This document shows positions 1-10,775 of a stretch of 64,000 nt of DNA, one piece after another. The notes under the pieces were generated by a model. The model saw nothing but the letters and a program-made list of their open reading frames with translations, was not told where the DNA came from and did not search any database. The number at the start of each line of letters is the position of its first letter. The first letter of the stretch is position 1. Both the position numbers and the translations under genes were made by a program. This stretch comes from the human T2T-CHM13v2.0 reference genome, Homo sapiens, in assembly GCF_009914755.1 (NCBI RefSeq), contig NC_060940.1; one strand, written 5' to 3'.

Positions 1-1165
1 GTCCCTTGTTGTGCAGCATAAACATCTGGGCTGCATGGTCAGACCCATGAGGCTTCTCTTCCATCTGGCCACCTGTTATATAATTAAGCCTGATTGCAGA
101 TGCGATTCTCATTTAGCTGTCAGCAGCAGCCTGGGAGACTAGCAACTGAGGTGAATAAAGTTAGCTCACCACATCTACAAGGGTAGAAGGGCTGAAGCGA
201 AGGGTTGACCAGCCAGGACAACAAAGGTTATTGCTTATGGCAGTGTCAGCCTAAGAGCTCAAGTTCAAGATCAGAAGCATGAGAGGGTAAGACCTCTAGG
301 GGAGTCTGCATAGGTCCAGGTGAAACCCTGGATGTCTCTTGATTGTCAGAGCATGTAAATGATTTTTCCGTGAGGATAGAATTTGACAGTCAGTGCTAGA
401 AAGGGCTTCAGAGTTTGGTAAGTCTCTTTGGTGGACTGCATGGATAGATGTGAAAAGATAAACCAAATCAAAATGTATATTCCATTGAATCATGACAAAT
501 TCGCATTGGTAATGCGAATGATAGAATATTATAGGTTATGCTTAAGTGCTTTACCTGTGGAAGTTACTTATCAGAACTCCAAATTTTCAGGGGCATTTGC
601 ACAGCCAGTAATTGTGCAGGAGATCCAACTCACATCCAGCTCAGCTTAACTGCTTCTTGATGCTTTCAAGCATTATGCTATTTATTTCAGTGTCTTATGT
701 TTCAGAACTAAAGAAATGTTGAATTAAATTCCCCACTATATGCCGTCAGTGTTTCAGAAAAAAAAAAAAGAAAAAGAAAAAGAAATGAGCAAGGCAGGTG
801 GATTTCTGGCAAAGTTTTGTTTTCATTTCTGTCTGATAGAAATGGGAGCACTTCCTAAACCAAAAGAGCATTTTTTTTGGTAGAAATAGCCATTTATTAA
901 AAACCATAAATCTGTTATGGCTGGTTGGTGAGCATACCTTACAGTTTAATTGTACCAAGTTGAAAGTGGACACATACCAGGATAGGCACACCTCATTGTT
1001 CCACATGTGGCTTCAGTGCTTTAATGTGAATTATAAGTACATAAGTAAAGTACATATTATTTATGCATATGTTGTATTTATGACCTTTGGGATGCATCAG
1101 AGGTTGCTTAGGCTCGTTGTTCTGGGTCTTTCAGGATCTAGATTTTCTATCCTGATTCTTCCTTT

Positions 1166-1205
<40 letters not shown>

Positions 1206-1495
1206 TCAGTTGAGGAACTCACTCAGCTCACTCAGTGCAATACTATAATGGGAAGAGTTCCATGATGCTGCCATTCCAGTTATAAAATGGCTTCTTTTAG
1301 TCATCGTACAAGCCAGCAGTTATGGACAGTGTTTCTCTAAATGTTAGTAATAAAGTGTAGCAGGTTTCATATCAGTATACTAATTCTACCAAAAGCCATT
1401 TTCAGTCCCATTGACATTTGAATTCTGCCCATGCAAATTAGTGGAACTTGCCATCACCCTTGGCCTATAATGCCCCATACCAAGCATCACCAGCC

Positions 1496-1630
1496 CAGTG
1501 CTTCTCAGTCTTGGCTGCAAATGATCGAGCTATAAAAATACTGCTACCTGGGACCTGCCCCTCAGTTCCTCTGATTTAACTAGTAAAATCAGAGGGAGGT
1601 TTGAGCATCAGGATTTCTAAACTTTCAGAT
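1496..1630. mobile_element. MER5-family hAT-Charlie DNA transposon relic
   Basis: Begins CAGTGCTTCTCAGTCTTGGCTGCA and contains ...AAAAATACTG...CCTGGGACCTGCCCC, resembling the MER5A/B terminus and body. Confidence 0.55.
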
Positions 1631-1814
1631 TTTCAGTTGGGCGTGTAGTGGGGTGGGTTAGGGGGAGGTAATGTCTCCAAATGGAAATGTCTTTTTGGTT
1701 AAAATAAAGTAGAAAGACCAAATAAGTGATATTTGGGGAGAGCAATGAATATTCTAAAACCAATCAATGGGAATTGTCATTTTATGGTTCTCCTGAATGT
1801 GAGTGTCCAAAGTC

Positions 1815-1966
1815 CTCGTTATTCAAAGTGTGGTCCAAAGACCAGCCTCACTTGGTAACTGTTAGAAATGCAGACTGTTATGTTCCAGACACACCTACTG
1901 GATCAGAATGTGCACTTTACCACGACTTCCAGGTGATTTCATGTACTTTGAGTTAGAGAAGCACTG
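1815..1966. mobile_element. MER5A-like DNA transposon relic
   Basis: TCAAAGTGTGGTCC...TGTTAGAAATGCAGA...CCTACTGGATCAGAA...CCAGGTGATTTCATG...GAGAAGCACTG match MER5A blocks. Confidence 0.7.
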
Positions 1967-1989
1967 TCCTAGTCACAGTGATGAGGAGG

Positions 1990-2190
1990 GTGATAAGAGT
2001 GGCAGAATTCACTTTATTGAGCCTCTGCTATGTGTCAAGCACTATGCTAAGACATTTTTGTGACATACTTCTCCTTAAGTTGTTGCCGGAGTTAAATAAA
2101 GTGATATGTTTAAAACACTAAGTGTAGTATCCAATATCAGGTGTTCCAAAAAGGGCTTATCATCATCATCATCACGGTCATTGTCATTAT
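1990..2190. mobile_element. MIR fragments
   Basis: TTTATTGAGCCTCTGCTATGTGTCAAGCACTATGCTAAG (minus-strand MIR end), followed by a plus-strand MIR 3' portion. Confidence 0.55.
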
Positions 2191-2264
2191 CTTAAATCCA
2201 TGGTCACCCTAGGACAGGAAGCATGAATCTAGTTTGTAAGTGCACGTGATCTCCTTTCCATGGG

Positions 2265-2620
2265 TGATATGGGTTGGCTGTGTCCCCACCCAAATCTCAT
2301 CTTGAATTGTAGCTCCCATAATTCCTTCGTGTTGTGGGAGGGACTTGATGGGAGATAGCCGAATCATGGGGGCTGTTTTCCCCATACTGTCCTCATGGTA
2401 GTAAGTTTCATGAGATCTGATGGTTTTGTAAGGGGTTTCCCTTTACGGTTGGTTCTCATTCTCTCTTGTCTGCGACCACATCAGATGCACCTTTCACCTT
2501 CCACCATGATTGTGAGGCCTCCCCAGCCACGTATAACTGTAAGTCCATTAAATCTATTTTTCTTTATAAATTACCAGTCTCAAGTATGTCTTTATTGCAT
2601 CATGAAAGTAGACTAATACA
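2265..2620 (+). mobile_element. THE1-type MaLR solo LTR
   Basis: Starts TGATATGGGTTGGCTGTGTCCCCACCCAAATCTCATCTTGAATTGTAGCTCCC and ends GACTAATACA; 5-bp TSD ATGGG/GTGGG. Confidence 0.92.
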
Positions 2621-2799
2621 GTGGGCCATGTGAGATGATGAGATTGTGACCTTACATTCAAAGATAACTAAGCTGTGGTGGCAATGGATGATTTGTTCTC
2701 CTGAAATCTTTAGGTGGCACGGGACAGAAATCCAAATAGAATTGGCGTTTGTCAAAAGTAGAATATATTGTACTTTAAAAATGTGAATGTCAGACATTT

Positions 2800-2975
2800 G
2801 GGGGTGGGGGGAGGGGGGAGGGATAGCATTAGGAGATATACCTAATGTAAATGACGAGTTAATGGGTGCAGCACACCAACATGGCATATGTATACATATG
2901 TAACAAACCTGCATATTGTGCACATGTACCCTAGAACTTAAAGTATAATAAATAAATAAATATATATATATATAT
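2800..2975 (+). mobile_element. 5'-truncated L1PA (about PA4/PA5) 3' end
   Basis: GGGGTGGGGGGAGGGGGGAGGGATAGCATTAGGAGATATACCTAATGTAAATGACGAG...AAAGTATAATAA plus A/TA tail; TSD AAATGTGAATGTCA (2779-2792) / AAATGTGACTGTCA (2976-2989). Confidence 0.95.
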
Positions 2976-3099
2976 AAATGTGACTGTCATGTTTCTGAGA
3001 TGGGTGTCAGGAATAGCTGAATCAAGGTGACCAAATGGCGATGCTCTAAGGAATGGGCCTTGCTGAATCTGTACACTCTGCTTTTCTTGGCGTCCACTT

Positions 3100-3464
3100 T
3101 ATTTCATGTCATATTCTCTCCAAATAGTGGCAAGATGCTCACCCTCAACTCAGGACTGAGATCCTATCACTTTGTCTTGACCAGGAGAAAAAGAGCACCT
3201 CCTTTACAATCATGAAAGCTAACATCCCAGGGATAACTCTCAGGTACCCTGTGCACATCCCTGAGCCAGTTACTCAAGTCAGAAGCATGGATATTCTGAT
3301 CAGGCAGGTTGGCTTCAAGGATGAATCAGGCCTCTCATGAACTACAAGCTACGGAGTTCTCTGAAACTGGAGAAGAGGTTCTTCTTCAAAGAAGTGCAGT
3401 GTGTAATGCCCACCTGAAGAGGGAAGGAATTTCCAGCAGGTGTAAGGGACTAATGTCCACTACA
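3100..3464 (-). mobile_element. Old MLT1-type MaLR LTR fragment
   Basis: CACATCCCTGAGCCAGTTACT... and a terminal AATGTCCACTACA resemble MLT1J/K/L; the left boundary is uncertain. Confidence 0.45.
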
Positions 3465-3895
3465 GGCCCTCAGTTAAAAGAGTTGGGTAGAAAGAGGTGG
3501 GGTGTGTGTATGTGCAGCCTGCATTGACTCTCCACTTGATGCTGTGTACATTCTGAGGGCAAAACCCTGAATTTTCCTTGGGTCTGCCGTAACAAATTCT
3601 CTCAATGGTGCCTCCATAGGGAGAAAGGGGCCAACATCTGGGGGTTCTTTCCTGGAACAGTGTTAAGTGCTTTCAGAGTTAACAAGTTTTATATTCAAAC
3701 AACTCCATAAGATGAGTCTTTCAGACTTAATTTCCAAAACCGCAAAAAGCACTGTAGAGGAGTTCAGAGATACGTCTAAAGTCACAGTTAATCAAGAGGA
3801 CTGGTAGGATTCCCAGCTCACTTCAAATTCATACTCCTGTATATTCCTCTTTATAAATAAGTCAGTGAGCAAATTATCTCATTAAAATGTAAGTC

Positions 3896-4194
3896 AGAGA
3901 TTGCCAACTTCAGGCTCACAGGCAAATGGACTTTATAACTTGCAGATACAGTGGGGGTATTTTCATCTGTGTGTCTATATGTATGGATGTATTTACAAAA
4001 TAACATTTTATGTAAGAATATGAATTTCTGGCTTGTCTTCATCTCTCCAGGATAAAAAATGGCTAAAGTTGAGTTGTGGTTGTCCTCTCCGGCATTGCAC
4101 ACTTTCTTCATTTCCCCCAGCATTCTTACCTGGCCAGTTTCTGTCATTTATAGAACCTGTTTGGTCCTGGAGATATTTGAGTTTGAAAATCCTG
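3896..4194. mobile_element. MER103C-like hAT relic
   Basis: TGAATTTCTGGCTT...GGCTAAAGTTGAGTTGTGGTTGTCC...TCATTTATAGAACCTGTTTGGTCCTGGAGATATTTGAGTTTGAAAATCCTG. Confidence 0.55.
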
Positions 4195-4589
4195 GAGTAA
4201 TAGTACCCCATTATGTCACTCATGTACATGGTAGCCTATGCAATGTGTCATTCCATTCTTCTTTAACTGTTGCAAAACATGCCATGTGCTCTATCTGTAT
4301 ATCTCTCTCTGTTCTCACTGTCACATACCACACACACCCCACCCCACCCCCCCCCCCCCACACACACAGCAAGGGAGGAATTTGCGTTTGCTTTGCTCTT
4401 TTCTTTCCCTGCCCCCTCTCACTTAGCTCACTGCATAATCCTCCTCTCGTAACCTTCAACTCCACAATGCAGGAATTTTGCATGCTCTGTCCCCAACCGT
4501 ATTAATAAAGCACTTAAAAGTATGCGATTTTATTCAGGGTTATTTATCTAACTGTCTCTACTGAAGTGGTACTTCTGCAGCTCTTCAGA

Positions 4590-4890
4590 CGCAGTGGTTT
4601 CCCTGGGGGCAGCTTTCGGAGTCCGAAAGCATTGACTGAAATGCAAAGCCCGGATGCCAGCTGCACGCGCAAGCATTCCAAGCCCAGTCATTGTAGCCAC
4701 TGGAGATGGGGGTGGGGGATTTGAGTGGATGGGTCCTTCCAGCGGGCATTTGGGTCATTTGGCCCGTCGCCCTGCCTGCAGGCTGGCCTGCACGCAGCAC
4801 CTGGCCTAGGCACCCTGGAATCTCTCCCTTCCTGTGGCAGACACAGGAAACTCCTACCTCATCACGGCAGCTGCATGTGTGGGTAAGCCC
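4590..4890 (+). promoter_or_regulatory. CpG-retaining non-repeat element; candidate enhancer, alternative promoter or exon ending at donor TGG|GTAAGC (GT at 4883)
   Basis: Locally GC- and CpG-rich unique sequence; perfect 19-bp inverted repeat at 4612-4630; good 5' splice-site match. Confidence 0.3.
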
Positions 4891-4973
4891 ACGGTGATGA
4901 TGACTTCTGTACTGGCTGTTTTTACTCCTTGCTTTAATGATATTAGCTCACGTGGTTATCCTTTCCCTTCTAG

Positions 4974-5168
4974 CAGGATTTTTCCACAGCCAGACAATTC
5001 TTTGCGGTGAGGAGGCCACCCTGTGCTCTGTAGGATGTTTAACAGTATCTCTGGCCTCAATCCACAGGATACCAGTAGCACCCACCCGCCAGGTTGTGAT
5101 GACCCGACTTTCTCGTGATACTGCCTGATATCCTCTGTGGGTGAATTTTCCTGGTTAAGAATCACTAT
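4974..5168 (-). mobile_element. MER20 DNA transposon
   Basis: GTAGGATGTTTAACAGTATCTCTGGCCTC...CCAGTAGCACCC...GGTTAAGAATCACT matches the MER20 reverse consensus. Confidence 0.85.
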
Positions 5169-5184
5169 CTTACAGGAAGGTGGC

Positions 5185-5311
5185 AAAGATGAGAGTATCA
5201 GACTGTAAGTTCCGCGAGACCAGGCATTGTGTCTGGTTTGGTCGTGGTTGTGTGCCAACAGATAGTAGATTTTCAATACATATTTGTTGAATGAATGAAT
5301 GAATGAATGAA
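5185..5311 (+). mobile_element. L2 3' end
   Basis: AGACTGTAAGTTCC...CATATTTGTTGAATGAATGAATGAA tail. Confidence 0.75.
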
Positions 5312-5519
5312 CTTCCGACTGATCAGAGCTGAGGACTATATTCATCCTCAAGGTAATATAATGATTATTATTCACATATTAGGAGGAAAATCAAGGGTTC
5401 CTTTTTATCTTCTCCTACTACCCCCCGCTGTCATTATCAAGTGAGTTCAACTAAGATTTGCTTAATGAAAACCTAAATCATTATGGCTCTCTTAATCAGA
5501 GTACCTACTATGTGGCTAT

Positions 5520-5690
5520 TCTAAATAGGTGTTCTCATTGAACTTGGTTTTCTCAGTGATTCATAAAGATGGTTAATAGCAATGAAATTTTACAGATTGG
5601 GAAACTGAAAACCGGAGAAGTGAAGGAATTTGTCCATGGCCACACAGCCGTAAGGGAGTAGAGACCTGATTCAAATCTTGGGCTAGAAGG
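5520..5690 (-). mobile_element. MIR
   Basis: ATTTTACAGATTGGGAAACTGA...GAGAAGTGAAGGAATTTGTCCATGGCCACACAGC core. Confidence 0.7.
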
Positions 5691-6547
5691 ATTCTCAGAA
5701 TCTTCTTTTCTCTTTGCACCTGATTGGCTGTGCCTCTCGCTTTATTCAGTCAAAGCTCAATTCAGGACGACGTGAAAGAACATTAATTCCAAGGTGAAAT
5801 GTGCAAGAGGTTAAGTGAATTTGACCAAGTTTCCCATTATAATTTATTTTGGGGGAAAATGGATTAAAAACATAATCTCTCGGTTCTAACTTCACGTTCA
5901 CTTGAAAATGAAAAGTGAGTGTTTTACAGATCCACAGCTTCATGTTATCTGTTGCATTTTGAGAGAGAAGAAGATGGATGCATTGGGGTAGAGCGTATAA
6001 TAATATTACAAGGCTTTATATGGAAGGTCAAGTGAGGGGAAGATGAGCTGGAAGGATGGGCAATAGCAGGCTAAGAAAGAACAATGCATAACAGATGTAT
6101 CTAAACTGTTTTAAAAAATGGTTAATAGACTCAAGGAGAAATATAAAGAAGGGAGCACTCTGAAAGGTCAGAACAAGTAGTCAAGTAAGAAGCAAAGTAA
6201 TTTAAACATAAAAAGGAAAATCCGCAGATATTTCTTTCATGCTTCAGAAAGCGTCGGCCTTAAACATTGCAGTGTCCCAGTGATGCATTGCAATCTTCTG
6301 CAAGACACTGAAGTATTTTATGAAGGCATACTTTTTCCTCCTAAGTTGAGGAGACCCTGAGATGGCCCAAATTTCCTTTAAAAATGAAATGAAACTGCTC
6401 GGCTTTCCTTACATTAACCTTAAAGATAATGAAGTTTTGGTCCTTGCCCTATAAAGGATAGACAGAAAGGGCCTAGTCACATCTTCCTGTCATCTATGTA
6501 GATGATGTCCTTATTCAGAAGTCATTATATGAGAATATGAGTGTTAT

Positions 6548-7390
6548 GGGAAGGCAGGAAGGAAGGAAGGGAAAGGAAAGGAGAGGAGAGGGAGGAAGGG
6601 AAGGAGAGAGAGAGGAAGGAAGGGAGGGAGGGGAAGGAGAAAGGGAGAGAGAGGAAGGAAGGAAGGAAGGAGAAGAAAGATGGAGGGAGGGAAGGGAAGG
6701 AAGGGAGAGAGAGGGAGGAAGGGCAAAGGAAGTAAGGGAGAGAGACGAAGGAAGAGGGGAAGGAAGGAAGGGAGAGAGAGGAAGCAAGGGAGGGAGGGGG
6801 AAGAAGGAAGGGAGAAAGAGGAAGGAAGGGAGAGAGAGGGAGGAAGGGAGAGAGAGGAAGGAAGGGAGAGAGAGGAAGGAAGGGAGAGAGAGGGAGGAAG
6901 GGAGAGAGAGGGAGGAAGGGAGAGAGAGGGAGGAAGGGAGAGAGAGGGAGGAAGGGAGAGAGAGGGAGGAAGGGAGAGAGAGGAAGGAAGGGAGAGAGAG
7001 GGAGGAAGGGAGAGAGAGGGAGGAAGAGGGGAAGGAAGGAAGGGAGAGAGAGGAAGGAAGGGAGAGAGAGGGAGGAAGGGAGAGAGAGGGAGGAAGGGAG
7101 AGAGAGGGAGGAAGGGAGAGAGAGGGAGGAAGGGAGAGAGAGGGAGGAAGGGAGAGAGAGGGAGGAAGGGAGAGAGAGGGAGGAAGAGGGGAAGGAAGGA
7201 AGGGAGAGAGAGGAAGGAAGGGAGAGAGAGGGAGGAAGGGAGAGAGAGGGAGGAAGGGAGAGAGAGGGAGGAAGGGAGAGAGAGGGAGGAAGAGGGGAAG
7301 GAAGGAAGGGAGAGAGAGGAAGGAAGGGAGGGAGGGGAAGGAAAGGGGAGGGAAAGAAGGAAGGGAGAGATGGAAAGGAGGGAAGGAAGG
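6548..7390 (+). repeat. About 840-bp polypurine (G/A) tract containing an 18-bp VNTR (GGAGGAAGGGAGAGAGAG and variants)
   Basis: Directly visible; no pyrimidine from 6786 to 7370. Confidence 0.98.
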
Positions 7391-8727
7391 CCTCCTCATC
7401 CTTTTTTTCTGCGTTCGTTTACTCATTTCACTTTTTTTTTTAATTGGACATCTGTATATGTCAGTCACTGTGGAAGACATTTGGGAAATGATGACTAGTA
7501 AAAACCCAAACAAAATAAACAAACAGAAGGTACCTGCCGTCGTTGTCTAGTGGACAAGGCAAAACATCAGTAATTCAATAATTACTCCGTGTGTTGGGGC
7601 AGGGTCTGTTTTCTTGCAGTCATGCCTCAGTTTTGGCTTAACATATCAGCTTCCATAGTTAACTTATTCATCTGCCTGCCTCTAATTCCCACAGATTTTG
7701 AGATGTAGATCAGCTTTGTCCTCTCAAGGGTTTCACATTCAGGAAAGGGCTGACCCATCAGGCATGATGAAGCACTGCTTGACGGATTCAGCCTCCCCAG
7801 TCAATGAAGGAAAGGAAAGGAAAGCAAGGTTCGTTTCATTTCCCAATCACGTGATGGCATTGGGCACTACCACCAGCTTCTGATGCATTCATTCTGGAAC
7901 TTGTTTGTGAAAATCAGTTGAGATACTAAATATAGAAGGGGAGAGCCACTTGGAGTTGAAAGTGACCTTTAAGGCCACTTCTGTCAACTTAGCACCAAAT
8001 GCATGAATTTACACAACTGAATTTCTGCTCTTCGGACATAAACTTTCCCCATTCTTTTTTGGTCAGTTTGTTTTTACCCTGCAGAGCTGATACTGCAGAG
8101 GGCAGCTCATTTTATTCCTGGACTATAGTTCCTCATTTTGTAGAAATCAACTTTGTCTTCCCAAGGTTACTGGTGTTAATTTTACCTTCTGATGTTAGGT
8201 AACCAGTCACTGGTCTCCGAAGCTGGGTCTGAGTCCCAGAATTCACATTGATCAGCCATGGTACCTGAACAAGCACCTCTAGTCCCCTGAGCATCAGGGA
8301 TCTTTCCATTAAGTGGAGAGTATCCTCCAGAATCTACCTCTCCAGAATTCAGGGTAAGATAAGTATGGTTGTTTGGATCAGATAGGTTTTGTCTCCATGG
8401 TAGACAAGAGACCACTATAGCTTAAAACTCCCATTCTGCCAACAGAACAACCGAAAGAGCTAGAATACGCTTGTTTATGTGTTTGTTTTCTGGTAGCTGG
8501 GCAAAGAAATAAGGGAGGGCTTGCCTGGTTTGTCTTGTACCATGTGTTTATCCTTAAACCAATCAGAATGAATCAGGAATGGACTACTATCGTTCACGTG
8601 ACTAAACTGGAGTATTAGAGAATCAGCAGGGTTCATGATGAGGGAGTATAGCTGTGTTCACTGCAACACAGCTCCTAAGAGCAAACAGTTTAATCAGCTC
8701 ATTTATCATCCTAACCAAACTTTTAAA

Positions 8728-9530
8728 AGGCAGTTCCTCGGGAAGTTAAGCATAGAATTACCATATGACCCAGCAAACCCATTCCCAGTTAGATGCCTAA
8801 AGGAAAGAATTGTAAACAGATTCACTTGAATCCACATACACAAATGCTTATAACATCACCATTCATTACAGCCAAAAAGCAAAGACAACCCAAATGCCTA
8901 TCAATAAATTTATCAATAAATAAATGGATGAACAAAATGTGGTCTATCCATACAATGAAATATCATTGAGCCATAAAAAGGAAGGAGCTACTGTTACATG
9001 CTACAACGTGGATGGACCTCAAAAACACTGTGGTAAGTAAAAGAACCCAGAATCAAAAGACCACAGATTATGTGATTTCCTTCACCTGAAATATCTGGAG
9101 TAGGTAAATCCACACCAACAGAAAGCAGATTGGTGGTTGCTACAGGCTAGGAGGAAGGGGTTGGGGAATAACCATTAAATAGGTACAGATTTTCTTTCGG
9201 AATGGAATGATGACGTATTTTGGAACTAGATAGGGGTGGTGGTTGCATAACATTTGTGAATGAACAAAATGCCACTGAATTGTTTCCTTTTTTTTTTGAG
9301 ACAGAGTCTCGGTCTGTCACCCAGGCTAGATTGCAGTGGCACAATCGGCTCACTGCAAATTCCACCTCCTAGGTTCAAGCGATTCTCCTGCTTCAGCCTC
9401 CTGAGTAGCTGAGACTACAGGTACATACCACCAGGCCCAACTAATTTTTGTATTTTTATGAGAGACGGGGTTTCACCATGTTGGCCAGGCTGGTCATGAA
9501 CTCCTGAAAACTGTTTACTTTAAATGGTTA
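8728..9530 (+). mobile_element. L1MB-type 3' fragment interrupted by an Alu
   Basis: CATAGAATTACCATATGACCCAGCAA...AATGGATGAACAAAATGTGGTCTATCCATACAATG...GCCACTGAATTGT. Confidence 0.85.
9288..9507 (-). mobile_element. 5'-truncated AluS
   Basis: polyT-GAGACAGAGTCTCGG...GAACTCCTGA; imperfect TSD AATTGTTTCCTTT/AACTGTTTACTTT. Confidence 0.92.
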
Positions 9531-9579
9531 ACAACCACCACAACAAAAACCATGGAGACCAAGGGAGAAAACTTAAGTG

Positions 9580-9725
9580 AGATATATAACTTGCTTGAGC
9601 TATGTGTTCATTTTATAAAATGGGCAAAAGATGCCTATGTCTTTAGGTTATAACAAGCTTCAAACAAGTGAATATTTATAGGGGACCAGGTTCCTGGCAA
9701 CTATTAGGTGCTCAATAAATAGCCT
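9580..9725 (+). mobile_element. MIR 3' half
   Basis: TATAAAATGGGC...CCTGGCAACTATTAGGTGCTCAATAAAT. Confidence 0.6.
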
Positions 9726-9812
9726 GCATGCAAATACCTCCCCACACACATATGCCCGCTTGTACCCACGTAATTCTTATTTAATGGTGTTCTTTTAAAG
9801 AATGAGATAACA

Positions 9813-10127
9813 GGCCAGGCATAAGCGGCTCATGCCTGTAATCCCAGCGCTTTGGGAGGCCGAAGCGGGTGGATCACCTGAGGTTGGGAGTTCGAGAACA
9901 GCCTGACCAACATGGAGAAACCCTGTCTCTACTAAAAATGCAAAATTAGCTGGGTGTGGTGGTGCATGCCTGTAGTCCCAGCTACTGAGAAGGCTGAGGC
10001 AGGAGAATTGCTTGAACCTGGGAGGGGGAGGTTGCGGTGAGCTGAGATCACGCCATTGGTCATTACACTCCAGCCTGGACAACAAGAGTGAAACTTCATC
10101 TCTTAATTAAAAAAAAAAAAAAAAAAA
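9813..10127 (+). mobile_element. Full-length Alu, AluSp-like
   Basis: GGGAGTTCGAGAACAGCCTGACCAACATGGAGAAACC diagnostic; 16-bp TSD AAAGAATGAGATAACA/AAAGAATGAGGTAACA. Confidence 0.95.
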
Positions 10128-10189
10128 GAATGAGGTAACAGAAACAAAGAACTTACCTAGCACATGATGTTAGCAAACCCTGTCAAATT

Positions 10190-10775
10190 TGTATTCCCAT
10201 ATTTCTCAAAACTTGTTCTTCTTTCCCTCTCCACACCAGTGATTGTTGTCACCCTGCTTTCCTGGACTACTAAAATAGGCTACATTTCCCTTTTCAATCC
10301 CTTTTGCTTGCTCTTGATGTTCCCAACAGCGGCCAAAGAACCCATCTCACAATGCACATAGGATGCTTTCCCTTCCCAGTTAAAAACCCCACTGTACTTA
10401 GAGTTAATCCCAACCACCTTCATATAAAGCCCTGAAAGTCTGGCTCCTGCCAACCTTGCTAAACTCATCCTTTTTTTTTTTTTTCCTGATTCTTATCCCA
10501 TTGACTTTGACTGTTTCTAAGCTGGCTCTATCCCAAGTGAAAAGTCACCTCTTCAAAGACCTTTTCTATTTAAAAGAATGATCCCAGCTCTTCTATATTC
10601 TTTTCCATGACATGTTATTCACGTGCTTCCAAGTCCTGATCACCATTTGTAATTTTAAACATTGAGTTGCTTTTCCTTGCTCTTTCTCTTATTCATGAAG
10701 GCAGCTCTGCTGTTGAACACAATACGTGGTAGACAGCAGGCCGCCGATCAGCACTTGTTAAATGAGATCAATGTG
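10190..10775 (+). mobile_element. Degraded L2
   Basis: Pyrimidine-rich L2 3' region (CCTGGACTACTAAAATAG...) ending near CTTGTTAAATGA. Confidence 0.5.

Noticed and set aside
1169-1202. Isolated long homopolymers (also 21507-21530, 23894-23915, 62346-62375) as processed-pseudogene or retro-insertion tails
   Set aside because: No adjacent element body, poly(A) signal or TSD could be found; treated as simple mononucleotide runs
4059-4505. 148-aa ORF
   Set aside because: Spans a MER103-like relic and a CA/C tract; no recognisable domain
6515-7550. 337-aa, 335-aa and 272-aa ORFs
   Set aside because: Artefacts of a purine-only 18-bp repeat that cannot contain stop codons; low-complexity translation with no splice or promoter context
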